The notes under the pieces were generated by a model. That model worked only from the letters and a program-made list of their open reading frames with translations. It ran no database searches and was not told the origin of the DNA. A stretch of DNA of 64,000 bases. Origin: an uncultured bacterium. Lineage in GTDB: Bacteria; Acidobacteriota; Thermoanaerobaculia; Multivoradales; JAHZIX01. The stretch is from the NCBI GenBank assembly GCA_965368975.1, contig CBDUPA010000001.1, forward strand, positions 192,001 through 256,000, given 5' to 3'. The position numbers and the translations under genes are program-made. Position 1 is the first letter of the stretch; each line of letters starts with the position of its first letter. Positions 17,906 through 27,128 of the stretch are shown one piece after another.

Positions 17906-19699
17906 TCAGTTCGGGGTCTCCGTATGCTTGAGCACTAGCATGGTGATGTCGTCGTACTGCGGCGCGCTGCCGGCGAAGGCATCGACATCGGCGAAGATGC
18001 CGTCGAGGATGCTCTGTGCGTCCTGGTCGGCGCGGCTGCGCAGGCCCTCGATCAGCCGCTCCATCTCGAATTCGTTGTCGTCGGGGTCGTTGGCCTCGTT
18101 GACGCCATCGGAGTAGAGCGCCACCACGTCACCGGGCTCTAGTTGCAGCTCGCCTTCCCGGTAGCTGCCGCTCGGGAACAGGCCCACGGGTAGGCCGCCG
18201 GCGTCGAGCGTCTCGACCTCGCCGCCCTTGCGAATCACCAGGCCCTCGTTGTGGCCGGCGTTGACGAAGCGACATTTGCCGGTTGCCGGATCGAGCAGCA
18301 GGAAGATGGCGGTGACGTACTTGTTGGCCGGTGTCGTCTGGTAGATCAGCTGGCTGGTGCGTGCGACCAGGCTGGCGAGGTCACGGCCGCCGCCGAGCAG
18401 GGCGCGCAGGGTCGCCTGGATGTTGCTCATCAGCAGGGACGCCGCCATTCCCTTGCCCGACACATCGGCGACGCACAGCAGCGTACGGCCACCGGTGCGG
18501 TTGCCCTCGTCGTCGCACGGATCGACCGGCAGTGCGTCGTAGTAGTCGCCGCCCACCTCCGAGGCCGGGCGGTTGCGCGCCGCGATCTGGCAGCCGGGAA
18601 GTTGCGGCAGTTCGCGCGGGAACAGGCGCCGCTGGATGTCGCCAGCCAGTGCCAGGTCGCGCTCCAGCTTCTGGCGCTCGACGGCTTCGACGAAGTACCA
18701 GCTGTTGCCGAAGGCGACTGCAGCCTGGGCTGCCAGGCCGGCGCAGAAGTCGAGGTCTTCTTCCTGGAAGCGCCGGTTGCCGGCGGGGGCGCCGAGGGCG
18801 GCGAAGCCGATCACTTCCGGGCCGGCGGTCAGCGGCACCACGATCACCGCGTCGTTGTGCTCCAGCGCTTGCAGCAGAGGGCCGTCTTCGAGGTTCTCGA
18901 TGTACTGCGGTGTGGTCAGCTGCTGCAACTCGCCGCTCAGCGATTCGGGGTCGTCGAAGCACATGCCGCGCTCGCGCACCACCGTCGGGTGACCTTGCTT
19001 CCAGGCCACGATCGCCGACTTGCGCACCAGCCACTGGCCGGTGAGCGTGAGGCTCAGGCGCTGCGCCACTTGCTGTGGTTCGAGCGTGCCAGTGAAGCTG
19101 CGGACCAGGTCGAGGAGGGTGCGCAGCTGCTGCACGCGACGGTCGAGCTGCAGGTTCAGGCGCCGCGTGTCGGCGTGAGCGCGGGCGTTGTCGATGGCGC
19201 TGGCGGCGATGCCCAGGAGAGCTTCCAGGAATTGCCGTTCCGAGGTCCCCAGGCGGCCGGTCAGCGGTGAGCCGAGGCCGAGGTAGCCGGTGGGCTCGGG
19301 GTCGCCGATGGCGAGCACCAGGTCGATGCCGGCCTCGCCGGCCTGCTCGGGGTCGAAGATGTCGCCCTTGGTCAGGTTCTTGACGCCGCGCACGGCGGCG
19401 ACGCGCAGTTGGTTCTGCTGTGGATCCCGACCGCCGGCCGTGCTTGGGCTGCTCGGTGTTTCTGGGTTGCTTCGGGGATCTCTGCCGTCGTGCCTGTCGA
19501 GTGCGATCAGGCCGCGGCTGACCACCAGGCGACCCATGACCGAGCGCAGCAGGGCCAGGAGGAGGTCGTCGAGCTCCAGCGACGAGTGCAGCAGCTTGGC
19601 CGATTCGAGCAGCGCTTCGAGGGAGCCGGCGGCCAGGCTCTGACTCCGCACACCTTCGTCGCGCGCCGGAGCGCGGAGGCCCGGGGCGTCCGGGTTCAA
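17906..19699 (-). CDS. GAF-containing PP2C/SpoIIE phosphatase (RsbU-like)
   Basis: Two GAF-like regions; EVGGDYYD, ADVSGKG, NAGHN, YSDG, DDIT intact; TTG start overlapping the rsbW stop is inferred. Confidence 0.88.
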   Translation of the reverse strand: MNPDAPGLRAPARDEGVRSQSLAAGSLEALLESAKLLHSSLELDDLLLALLRSVMGRLVVSRGLIALDRHDGRDPRSNPETPSSPSTAGGRDPQQNQLRVAAVRGVKNLTKGDIFDPEQAGEAGIDLVLAIGDPEPTGYLGLGSPLTGRLGTSERQFLEALLGIAASAIDNARAHADTRRLNLQLDRRVQQLRTLLDLVRSFTGTLEPQQVAQRLSLTLTGQWLVRKSAIVAWKQGHPTVVRERGMCFDDPESLSGELQQLTTPQYIENLEDGPLLQALEHNDAVIVVPLTAGPEVIGFAALGAPAGNRRFQEEDLDFCAGLAAQAAVAFGNSWYFVEAVERQKLERDLALAGDIQRRLFPRELPQLPGCQIAARNRPASEVGGDYYDALPVDPCDDEGNRTGGRTLLCVADVSGKGMAASLLMSNIQATLRALLGGGRDLASLVARTSQLIYQTTPANKYVTAIFLLLDPATGKCRFVNAGHNEGLVIRKGGEVETLDAGGLPVGLFPSGSYREGELQLEPGDVVALYSDGVNEANDPDDNEFEMERLIEGLRSRADQDAQSILDGIFADVDAFAGSAPQYDDITMLVLKHTETPN

Positions 19700-20133
19700 G
19701 AGGGCTTGACCTTCTTGATCATGTGCAGTTCGTTGCACTTGCCGGGTTCGATTTCGTAGCGTACTTCGTCGACCAGGGTACGGATCAGACGCATGCCGAG
19801 GCCGCCGGTGCGACGCTGGCGGATCAGCTCGTCGACATCCTCTGGCGCGATGCCGGTGGGGTCGAAGCCGGCGCTGGTGTCGATCACCGCAATGTGGACT
19901 TCGTCGTTGTCGAAGGTGGCGCGCACGGTGACTTCTTTTTGCACGTCGTGGCCGTACGCATGCTCGATGACGTTGGCACAGGCTTCGTCGACCGCCAGCT
20001 CCAGGCCGTTGCGCTGCTTGTCGTCGAGGCCGGTCTGTTCGGACACACGGGTGACAAAGTCGCGGATCATGGCCAGGTTGCGCGTCGAACACGGCACCTG
20101 CAGGCAGAAGGTCTGTTCGTAGGTTTCTGACAC
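19696..20133 (-). CDS. rsbW: Anti-sigma factor Ser/Thr kinase (RsbW-like)
   Basis: LAVDEACANVIEHAY, DTSAGFDP, GGLGMRLIRTLVDEV. Confidence 0.9.
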   Translation of the reverse strand: MSETYEQTFCLQVPCSTRNLAMIRDFVTRVSEQTGLDDKQRNGLELAVDEACANVIEHAYGHDVQKEVTVRATFDNDEVHIAVIDTSAGFDPTGIAPEDVDELIRQRRTGGLGMRLIRTLVDEVRYEIEPGKCNELHMIKKVKPS

Positions 20134-20136
20134 GGT

Positions 20137-20505
20137 TCAAACCTCTCGGGTCGGATGCGTGGTGAAGCGCTGGCGGGCGCCGTCCAGGTCACTCAAGATG
20201 TCGAACAGCTGGTCGAAGCCGAGCATGTCGAAAACCTGGCGCACCTTGTCGATCAAGCCGCAGATCTTGATGTCGCCGCCGTGCTCCCGGACCTCCTCGA
20301 TATAGCCCATGAAGACCCCCAGGCCGGCGGAGGAAATGTAGGTCAATTCGCGGCAGTCGATAATGACCTGGAAGTTCTGCGCGTCTATCTCTTGTTGCAG
20401 CGCGGCTTCGAAGTCGGGTGCCGTGTGGGCGTCGAGGAAGCCATTCAAGGATAGAATGACCAAACTATCCGCAGTCGAGCGCTGCACTGAGAACGAAGTC
20501 GCCAT
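20137..20505 (-). CDS. rsbV: Anti-anti-sigma factor STAS protein (RsbV-like)
   Basis: GFLDAHTAP, LTYISSAGLG (phospho-Ser), VRQVFDMLGF. Confidence 0.9.
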   Translation of the reverse strand: MATSFSVQRSTADSLVILSLNGFLDAHTAPDFEAALQQEIDAQNFQVIIDCRELTYISSAGLGVFMGYIEEVREHGGDIKICGLIDKVRQVFDMLGFDQLFDILSDLDGARQRFTTHPTREV

Positions 20506-20522
20506 CGGTTGAAATCCTCCGA

Positions 20523-23138
20523 ATGGGGTCCAAGATTCGAAACCTGGGCAGTATACCTTTGTTGCGCCGGATCGGCATCCTGCTGCTGGCACTGTCGCCG
20601 TTGGCCTTCGGCGTGGCTGTCTGGCGTGCGCCGCAGGTCGACGCCCCAGCGCGCTGGCAGCTCGGACTGAGTCGTGATGACGCCGTCGAGACGGCGCGGC
20701 AGGCGCTCGAACAGTTGCTGGCCGTGGAAATCGGCGGCCAAGTCGAGGCGAGCGTGTGGGTGGAGTACGACGTGGCGCTGGAGCGCTATCTCGACCGCCG
20801 GGCCGCCGAAGCGGGTACCCACCGTGCGGTGGCGGCAGTACAGCGGCTGGCACCGCCGCTGGTGATCGCCGTCGAGATGCCGCTGTCGTTCGGAGGCAAG
20901 GCCGTGGTGCGCCTGGCGCGCGATGGCCGCGTGCTGGGCTACGACCTGCCGTCGGCGCTGGCGCCCGAAGACGACTCGGAAGAGGCCGACCCGAAGGACG
21001 ACGAGGCGCGGCGAGCCGAGCGGGCCAGCAGTGCCGCGGCAGTCGACAGCGAACTACGTCCCGAAGTCGTCGCGGCGTACGCTCGCCGTCAGGCAGCAGA
21101 GGCACACCAACTGTGGTTGCGCGGCCTGGAAGTGGCCCTGCGCGAGACCGAGTCGGAGTCGGCGCAGACGGCCAGCGGCGTGCGTACCTTCACCTGGCGC
21201 GAGCGGCTGGAGGTACTGCCGGAACTCGAGGTGTCGCTGCAGGTGGAACTCGAGAATCGCCAGCTCCGGCACCAGAGCGTGCGTGCCCGCCTGGAAGCGG
21301 ACAGCGACTCGCAGCTGGGCAGCGGCCTGCCGATGGTCGCGCGCGCCGTCGCCGGAACGCTCTGGGGGCTGCTGCTCTTGTGGTTGATCGTGCGCGGCCT
21401 GCTGCGCTACGGCTATCGCTTCTCCGAGAGTGAGGTGAGTCATCCGCGCACCTTGCTGCTCAGCCTGGCGATGCTGCTGACGTCGGTGCCCTTCAGCCAT
21501 CAACTCTTCACCGCTTTCAGGATCGGCGATGCGGACGACGCCTGGCCGCTGGTGCTGGTGACCTCGCTTCTGTTGGTGTTGCCGGTATCCGTGCTGCTGG
21601 CGCTGTTGTGGGCCGGCTGCGAGGCGGATCTGCGCCAGATCGATCGTCGGCGCCTGCTGTCGTTGGACGCCGTCGTGCGGGGCCTCTGGGGACGTCGAGA
21701 GGTCGCCTGGTCGATCTTGGTCGGGGCGGGTTGTGCCAGCTGGTTGCTGGCGCTGCGCAGCCTGCTGCCGGCGCTGGTCCCGGACGGGACGCTACGCCTG
21801 GCGACACCGCTCCAGCCGGCGATTCTGCTGCTCGGCGGCGGCTGGCTCTACGGCCCGGCGCTCGCCTGCATCACGGCACTGCCGTTGCTGGTGTTCGGGC
21901 TGGTGGTGCCGCTGGCGTATCTGCGCCGACGTCCGCGGCTGGCGCTCCTGCTCGGTAGCTTGACCAATTTCCTGGGCCTGCTGCTGCTGCGCGAGATCAC
22001 CAGCGTGCCGTGGCAAGCCGCCCTGCTGGACGCCGCGGTGTGGACGCTGGCGATCGTGCTGCCGTACCTGCTCGCCGACCTGCTGGCGGCGGTGTGCGGC
22101 CACGTCCTGGCGTGGGTGGGACTGTACCTGATTTGCCTGGCGCACCAGCCGGCGGACGATCTGAGCCGGCTGGCCCTGCTGCTGCTGGCTGGCATCGGTC
22201 TCGGACTTGCCGTGCAGGCTGCCGTGGTGCGCTTCGGCCGCCGCACGCCGGCCGAGGAAGTCATGCCGCGGTATGTGCGCAAGATGCGCGAGCGCGAATC
22301 TCTGGCCGAGGAGGTGTCGGCGGCCACGGTGGCGCGGGACCGCCTGCTGCCCGTGACCCCGCCACAGCCACTCGGTGCCGCGCTCAGCGTGGTCACTGTT
22401 TCCGGCCAGCAGGCCGGGGCCTATCACGACTTCTTCGAACTGCCAGAAGGTGTTGACGACGAAGCTGCGACGTGTCGTGGAGAGCGTCGCGTGGGCCTGG
22501 TGGTGGCCGACTTCGGCTGGGGGCTGGCGGCGGCCCTACGCCTGACGCTGGCCAAAGGCTTCCTGCTCTCCTTCCACCGTCGCCAACTGCCGCCGGAAGC
22601 CCTGGTGCGCCGCCTGCTGGGGCGTCTGGGCCAGCTGGTGACCCTGCGCGATCAGGAAGACGAGGCCGCCGTCGTGTTTGCCGACTACGCACCGAGCCAG
22701 CGTCGGCTGTGCCTGGCACTGGCCCGGCACAGTCCGCTCTTGGTGCTGCTGCGCGCGGACCGCCGTGCCGAGATCCTGGCCGGCTTCGACACTCGCCACA
22801 CCGCGGTGCTGGAGCGGGAGAGCCGCGCAGAGGTGGTCGAGATGGAAGTGCAGCTCGAGCCCGGGGATGCCCTGGCTGTCGTGCTGCTCGGCGACGTCGA
22901 CCTGGAGCGCTGGTGGGGGCGCCTACGCCGTCGCTTGCGCAGCTGCCTGGAAGGCGGCCCGTCCGCCGACGCCGCCGCGCTCGCCCAGCGCATGCGCGAC
23001 GTCGGGGTCGAGCCTGTGACGGTGGTGCAGTTGCGGGTCGAAGACCCGGAAGCGACGGTCGAGATCCCGAGCTTGCCGGCTTCCGTGGTGGCCGCCGCTA
23101 CGCCCGAGCTTGCACCCGATAGGGAGGACGCACCATGA
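20523..23138 (+). CDS. Polytopic membrane protein with degenerate SpoIIE-like C-terminal domain
   Basis: Signal/TM, extracytoplasmic domain and many TMs; C-terminal GAYHDFF / VVADFGWG / LEPGDALAVVLLGD / EPVTVVQL align to PP2C motifs but lack several metal-binding Asp. Confidence 0.7.
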   Translation: MGSKIRNLGSIPLLRRIGILLLALSPLAFGVAVWRAPQVDAPARWQLGLSRDDAVETARQALEQLLAVEIGGQVEASVWVEYDVALERYLDRRAAEAGTHRAVAAVQRLAPPLVIAVEMPLSFGGKAVVRLARDGRVLGYDLPSALAPEDDSEEADPKDDEARRAERASSAAAVDSELRPEVVAAYARRQAAEAHQLWLRGLEVALRETESESAQTASGVRTFTWRERLEVLPELEVSLQVELENRQLRHQSVRARLEADSDSQLGSGLPMVARAVAGTLWGLLLLWLIVRGLLRYGYRFSESEVSHPRTLLLSLAMLLTSVPFSHQLFTAFRIGDADDAWPLVLVTSLLLVLPVSVLLALLWAGCEADLRQIDRRRLLSLDAVVRGLWGRREVAWSILVGAGCASWLLALRSLLPALVPDGTLRLATPLQPAILLLGGGWLYGPALACITALPLLVFGLVVPLAYLRRRPRLALLLGSLTNFLGLLLLREITSVPWQAALLDAAVWTLAIVLPYLLADLLAAVCGHVLAWVGLYLICLAHQPADDLSRLALLLLAGIGLGLAVQAAVVRFGRRTPAEEVMPRYVRKMRERESLAEEVSAATVARDRLLPVTPPQPLGAALSVVTVSGQQAGAYHDFFELPEGVDDEAATCRGERRVGLVVADFGWGLAAALRLTLAKGFLLSFHRRQLPPEALVRRLLGRLGQLVTLRDQEDEAAVVFADYAPSQRRLCLALARHSPLLVLLRADRRAEILAGFDTRHTAVLERESRAEVVEMEVQLEPGDALAVVLLGDVDLERWWGRLRRRLRSCLEGGPSADAAALAQRMRDVGVEPVTVVQLRVEDPEATVEIPSLPASVVAAATPELAPDREDAP

Positions 23139-25465
23139 GCGCACCGAGGCGCTGGCTCGAACGGCTGGACCCACGCGGCCTGTGGGAGCCTTGGCTGCAG
23201 TCCTCCTGGCTGCGCCACTCGCGGCTGCGACGTTACGGCTATGTGCTTGCCTACGGCTTGCTGCTGGTCGTCATCGCCTTTACCGACTCGGCGCGTCACT
23301 GGCAGCTGCAGCTGCGGCCCGCCGCGGCCGCCGACCGGGCCCGCGAACTGGCCGTCGAGATGCTGCCGGAGGCGGCCGGGTGGCAAGCTTCGGTGCGTGA
23401 TCTGTCGCGCGACGCTGAGCTCGAGCACACCTTGATCGCCCTGGAACGGCGCGACGGTGAGCTCCCCGCCAGCCTCCGTGGCCGGTCACCGCTGCGCTTC
23501 GAAGTGGAACTGGACGAACCCGATGGCGCGGGTCGCCTGCGCTTCGTGCTCAGCGGCGATGGCCAGCCGCTGGCGATCGACCGCTTGCCGCGTGGTGCCT
23601 TCGAGGATTTGCCGGCGGAGCGTCTGCAGGCGCTGGCCAGGGCTTTCTTGGAGCGCGTCACCGACACTGCACCGGCGTGGCGGCCGGCTGCGCCGTCCGA
23701 GGACGAGAGTCCCGAGCCGGGGCGCTTCCGGTGGAGTCGTGATCTCGCGGCCGGGCTGGAGCAAGTCGCGACGGTCGAGGTGCGGCGCGGCCGAGTCGAT
23801 CGACTGCGCCTGGAACTCGAAGCGGCGGACGAGCTGCAGACCTCGCTGCCCGAGCTGGGGCACATCGACGGTGGCGTCGCGGCTGTGCTGACGGTCCTGG
23901 CCTTCGGCGTGCTGCTGTGGCAGGCCTTCAGGTACCGTTTGGCCTGGTTCGGCGCGCTGATCGTGGCGCTGTGGGTCGTCTTCACCGCGCTGCTGACGGG
24001 CCCCCTCGGTCCGATCCCCCTGGCCCAGCAGGTGGTCACCGTTTTCCTGGTGCTGGCCGCCGGCTACGTTCCCCTACGCAAGGTGTCGCCTGGCCGTGCC
24101 GAGAGCTTGGAACTGCTGCTGCGGGGCCGCCTGGTCGCGCGCAAGGTCGGTTCGGCTGTCTACGGGGGCTTGCGTTGGGGGGGCGTCTTCGGGCTGGCCG
24201 CCTACCTGCCGGCGGTGCTGGGCCTGCCGCTGCGACCGCTCGCGGCCGACGCCCTCGCCGTCGCTGATAGCGGGCTCGGCCCGATCCTCTTGCTGTTGCC
24301 GCGGCTGCCGCTCGGCTTGCTGGCCATCTTCGCCTTCCTGCTGCCCTGGCTCGAAGGCTGGCTGCCACGCTGGTTGTCGCAGCTCGTGGGGCTGAGTTTC
24401 GGTGGCGTCCTCCTAGCGCTCGAGCTAGGAGCGGAAGGCCCGGTCGGTGTGCAGTGGCTAGCCGGTCTACTGCTGGCGATCACCGCTCTGGTGCTGTACC
24501 AGCACCGAGACGTCCTCGCCGTGTTGGCTGCAGGTTTCGGAGCCTCCGTGGCGATCTGCGCCGGGGCGCTGCTGCTGCAGCCGGTGCGCCTGGTAGACGG
24601 CTTGCTGATGCTTGCCGGGTTGGTTGGTCTGGCGCAGCTGGCGCGTAGCGCGAAACGTCACGGCCGGCCCCTCAGCCTGGCACCGCGCCTGTTGACGCCG
24701 CAGCGGCGGCTGAGTGCCCAGCGTGATCTGCTGGAGCGCGAGCTGTCGCTGGCGCGCGAAGCACAGATGCACATGCTGCCGCCGGCGCCACCGTCGCTCA
24801 GTGGCTACAGCATCGCCGCGCTCTGCCGCCCCGCCCGCGATGTCGGCGGCGATCTCTATGACTTCGTGCCGGTTCCGGGCGGCCTCGGCCTGGCGGTCGG
24901 CGACGTCTCCGGCAAGGGCATGGTGGCGTCGCTCTACATGACCCTCACCAAAGGCTTGCTGCTCGCCGCCTCTGAACACTGCAGCAGCGTCGCCGAGGCC
25001 CTGTGCGAGATGCACCGGGGCATCCATGCGTCGGTCGATCGCAAGACCTTCGTTACCCTCTGGTACGGCTGGCTCGACCTCGAACGCCGTCAGCTGGAGT
25101 ACGCTCGAGCCGGCCACAACCCCGTGCTCTGGCGGCGCGTCAGCGAAGGCGCCACCGCCTCCCTGGCCGCTCCCGGCCTCGCCCTGGGCTCCACCAAGCC
25201 GCCGCTGTTCGAGCGCATCCTGCGTTCGGCGAAAGTCGAGCTGGACAGCGGCGACGCGCTCTTCCTCTACAGCGACGGCCTGCCCGAAGCGATGAACGAG
25301 GCGGGCGAGGAATACGGCGAAGAGCGCCTGGTTGGCGCGGTGGAACGCACGGACGGTCTCGATGCCGAGCAGGCGCTCAATGTGGTGATGGCCGACGTCG
25401 TTGCCTTCGCCGGCGACGCGGCGCAGCATGACGACATGACCCTGGTGGTGGTGCGGGTCGAGTAG
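23135..25465 (+). CDS. Membrane-bound PP2C/SpoIIE phosphatase
   Basis: Same architecture as the upstream gene; DVGGDLYD, GDVSGKG, RAGHNP, YSDG, DDMT intact. Confidence 0.88.
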   Translation: MSAPRRWLERLDPRGLWEPWLQSSWLRHSRLRRYGYVLAYGLLLVVIAFTDSARHWQLQLRPAAAADRARELAVEMLPEAAGWQASVRDLSRDAELEHTLIALERRDGELPASLRGRSPLRFEVELDEPDGAGRLRFVLSGDGQPLAIDRLPRGAFEDLPAERLQALARAFLERVTDTAPAWRPAAPSEDESPEPGRFRWSRDLAAGLEQVATVEVRRGRVDRLRLELEAADELQTSLPELGHIDGGVAAVLTVLAFGVLLWQAFRYRLAWFGALIVALWVVFTALLTGPLGPIPLAQQVVTVFLVLAAGYVPLRKVSPGRAESLELLLRGRLVARKVGSAVYGGLRWGGVFGLAAYLPAVLGLPLRPLAADALAVADSGLGPILLLLPRLPLGLLAIFAFLLPWLEGWLPRWLSQLVGLSFGGVLLALELGAEGPVGVQWLAGLLLAITALVLYQHRDVLAVLAAGFGASVAICAGALLLQPVRLVDGLLMLAGLVGLAQLARSAKRHGRPLSLAPRLLTPQRRLSAQRDLLERELSLAREAQMHMLPPAPPSLSGYSIAALCRPARDVGGDLYDFVPVPGGLGLAVGDVSGKGMVASLYMTLTKGLLLAASEHCSSVAEALCEMHRGIHASVDRKTFVTLWYGWLDLERRQLEYARAGHNPVLWRRVSEGATASLAAPGLALGSTKPPLFERILRSAKVELDSGDALFLYSDGLPEAMNEAGEEYGEERLVGAVERTDGLDAEQALNVVMADVVAFAGDAAQHDDMTLVVVRVE

Positions 25466-25540
25466 CGCCGTCGAGTAGCGCCGTCGAGTAGCGCCGTCGA
25501 GTAGGGCTGTCGAGTAGCACCGTCGAGTAGGGTTGTCGAG
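25457..25540. repeat. 6.5 x 13-bp tandem repeat of the stop-codon region
   Basis: GTCGAGTAGCGCC x3, then GTCGAGTAGGGCT, GTCGAGTAGCACC, GTCGAGTAGGGTT, GTCGAG; fills the convergent intergenic gap. Confidence 0.9.
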
Positions 25541-25545
25541 GTCCG

Positions 25546-26484
25546 CTACAGACCCAGCGCCACGAAGTCGTCCAGATCGACACTGCCGGTGATCGGGAGC
25601 CCTTGCGCCTGCTGGAAGACCTCCACCGCCGCCGCCGAACCACGGCCGTAGAGGCCGTCCGCTACCAAGTCGTGCCCCTGGGCCGACAGGCAGAACTGCA
25701 CCCAGCGCACGTCCAGCCCCTTCATCAGGGGTGAGGTGACCCGCAACTCGCGCGAGCGGGGGAGTGGGCTGTCGTAGACGTGTGGTGGCGGCGCGTGCAA
25801 TGTCTCCAGGTTGATCTCGTGACGACGCACGACGAGCGGCAACTCCAGCGTCCAGGCATCGTGCTCGATCAGGCCATGGAACGTCTCCATGCGGTACACA
25901 GTCTTGCGCAGCAGCGTGTTGCGATGGTTGGCCAGCCACTCGTGCCGCGTCTCGACATACTTGGCAATCCAAGCTTGTTCCCCAGCCGCCTCCGGCGTCC
26001 CGATGGCGTCCAGCACGCGGCGCCGCATGCGGGTCCACGACCCGTGGATGATGCTGTCGTAGACGACCGCCACGCTCAGCGGCTGGCACAGCTTGTCGCG
26101 CTTGGCGATGCGTTCGGCGCTGGCCCAGTACTCCGTGTCGAAGAACTCGTCCTGCGTGTCGCGCATCACTGGATCGTCGGCACTGGCGCGCAGCAAGTTG
26201 TGGAAATGTCCGTCCTCGTTGAGCGCCGGGTCCTTCGCCTCGAGCGCGTCGAGATATGGTTCCAGCCGCGCCGCCAGGCGTGCCCCCGGACGTCGGCAGT
26301 AGGCGTCGATCAGCTTGAACAGATTCCCAGAGCCGAGCGTCGTCTGGGAATGGCCATAGGTCAACTGCCCCGAGTCGCCCGGCAGCAGCGTGACCTTGCT
26401 GTAATCACCCTGCACGGAACTGGTCTCGAAAATACTGACGATCGCCTTGGCGGTGCGCTTCTGGGTATCGGTGAGCAGATTCAT
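25546..26484 (-). CDS. Chitosanase (GH46)/lysozyme-like domain + C-terminal peptidoglycan-binding domain
   Basis: IVSIFET, QLTYGHSQTT, YDSIIHG; C-terminal DVRWVQ...ADGLYGRGSAAAVEVFQQAQGLPITGSVD (PG_binding_1). Confidence 0.75.
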   Translation of the reverse strand: MNLLTDTQKRTAKAIVSIFETSSVQGDYSKVTLLPGDSGQLTYGHSQTTLGSGNLFKLIDAYCRRPGARLAARLEPYLDALEAKDPALNEDGHFHNLLRASADDPVMRDTQDEFFDTEYWASAERIAKRDKLCQPLSVAVVYDSIIHGSWTRMRRRVLDAIGTPEAAGEQAWIAKYVETRHEWLANHRNTLLRKTVYRMETFHGLIEHDAWTLELPLVVRRHEINLETLHAPPPHVYDSPLPRSRELRVTSPLMKGLDVRWVQFCLSAQGHDLVADGLYGRGSAAAVEVFQQAQGLPITGSVDLDDFVALGL

Positions 26485-26588
26485 CGGGGCCTCCGGGGTC
26501 GGGGCGGAAACTGGATGGTTGCAGAGACCGGAGTCTATCGTACGGTCTCAGGGCTCAAATGGGAGCTTGGCATCGACGGATGTGCTGC

Positions 26589-26622
26589 GATCACAATGAT
26601 CTGGTGGTACTTCATTATGATC
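26589..26622. promoter_or_regulatory. Putative enhancer (UAS) for a sigma54 activator
   Basis: Inverted repeat GATCACAATGA-N12-TCATTATGATC about 65-100 bp upstream of the -24 box. Confidence 0.6.
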
Positions 26623-26686
26623 GACGCGACGGGGAGCCTTCGGAGGATCTATCGAGGCAGGTCCCGGAAAGCATGGGATTCTCGAG

Positions 26687-26702
26687 CGGCATGATAATTG
26701 CT
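26687..26702 (+). promoter_or_regulatory. Sigma54 -24/-12 promoter
   Basis: CGGCATGATAATTGCT vs consensus TGGCACG-N4-TTGCW with correct GG/GC spacing; ~90 bp before ATG 26790. Confidence 0.75.
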
Positions 26703-26789
26703 TCTCACAAGAGTAGAGCTAGGCCCCCGAGGGCCCTTGTTGCGCTCGATTCGGAGCTGCAACTCTACGCTCGAGATGCGGAGATAGAC

Positions 26790-27128
26790 ATGCAAAGTGA
26801 GACGAGAGTCACCGAGGCCAGTCAGCAGTATGCGGCAGCCTATGCGGCACACTACCAGGCAGGCGACTTACGTGGGGCCATCTGTTCCTACGAGGAGATC
26901 CTGGTCACACAGCCCGGCACACAGGAAGCCGCCTACTCGAGAACGCAGTTGCTGAACATTGTGCGTCAAGTTGTTCCTGTAGAGGATCTGCTCTGCGCAC
27001 AGATCGACCTGGCCAGGGCCAGGCTCGGGGAAGCAGCTGCTCGCAACAACGGCTCGCACTCGTGGTCGGCCGGAACCACCCTGCTGCAAAGACCTGCGGC
27101 CCTGGCGGCCGAGGGAGCCACATCTTGA
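26790..27128 (+). CDS. Small helical (TPR-like) hypothetical protein
   Basis: GGAG RBS; QQYAAAYAAHYQAGDLRGAICSYEEILVTQPGTQEAAYSRTQLLNI. Confidence 0.65.
   Translation: MQSETRVTEASQQYAAAYAAHYQAGDLRGAICSYEEILVTQPGTQEAAYSRTQLLNIVRQVVPVEDLLCAQIDLARARLGEAAARNNGSHSWSAGTTLLQRPAALAAEGATS

Noticed and set aside
25457-25540. Possible CRISPR/mini-array
   Set aside because: 13-bp contiguous units with only 4 variable bases, no true spacers and no cas genes
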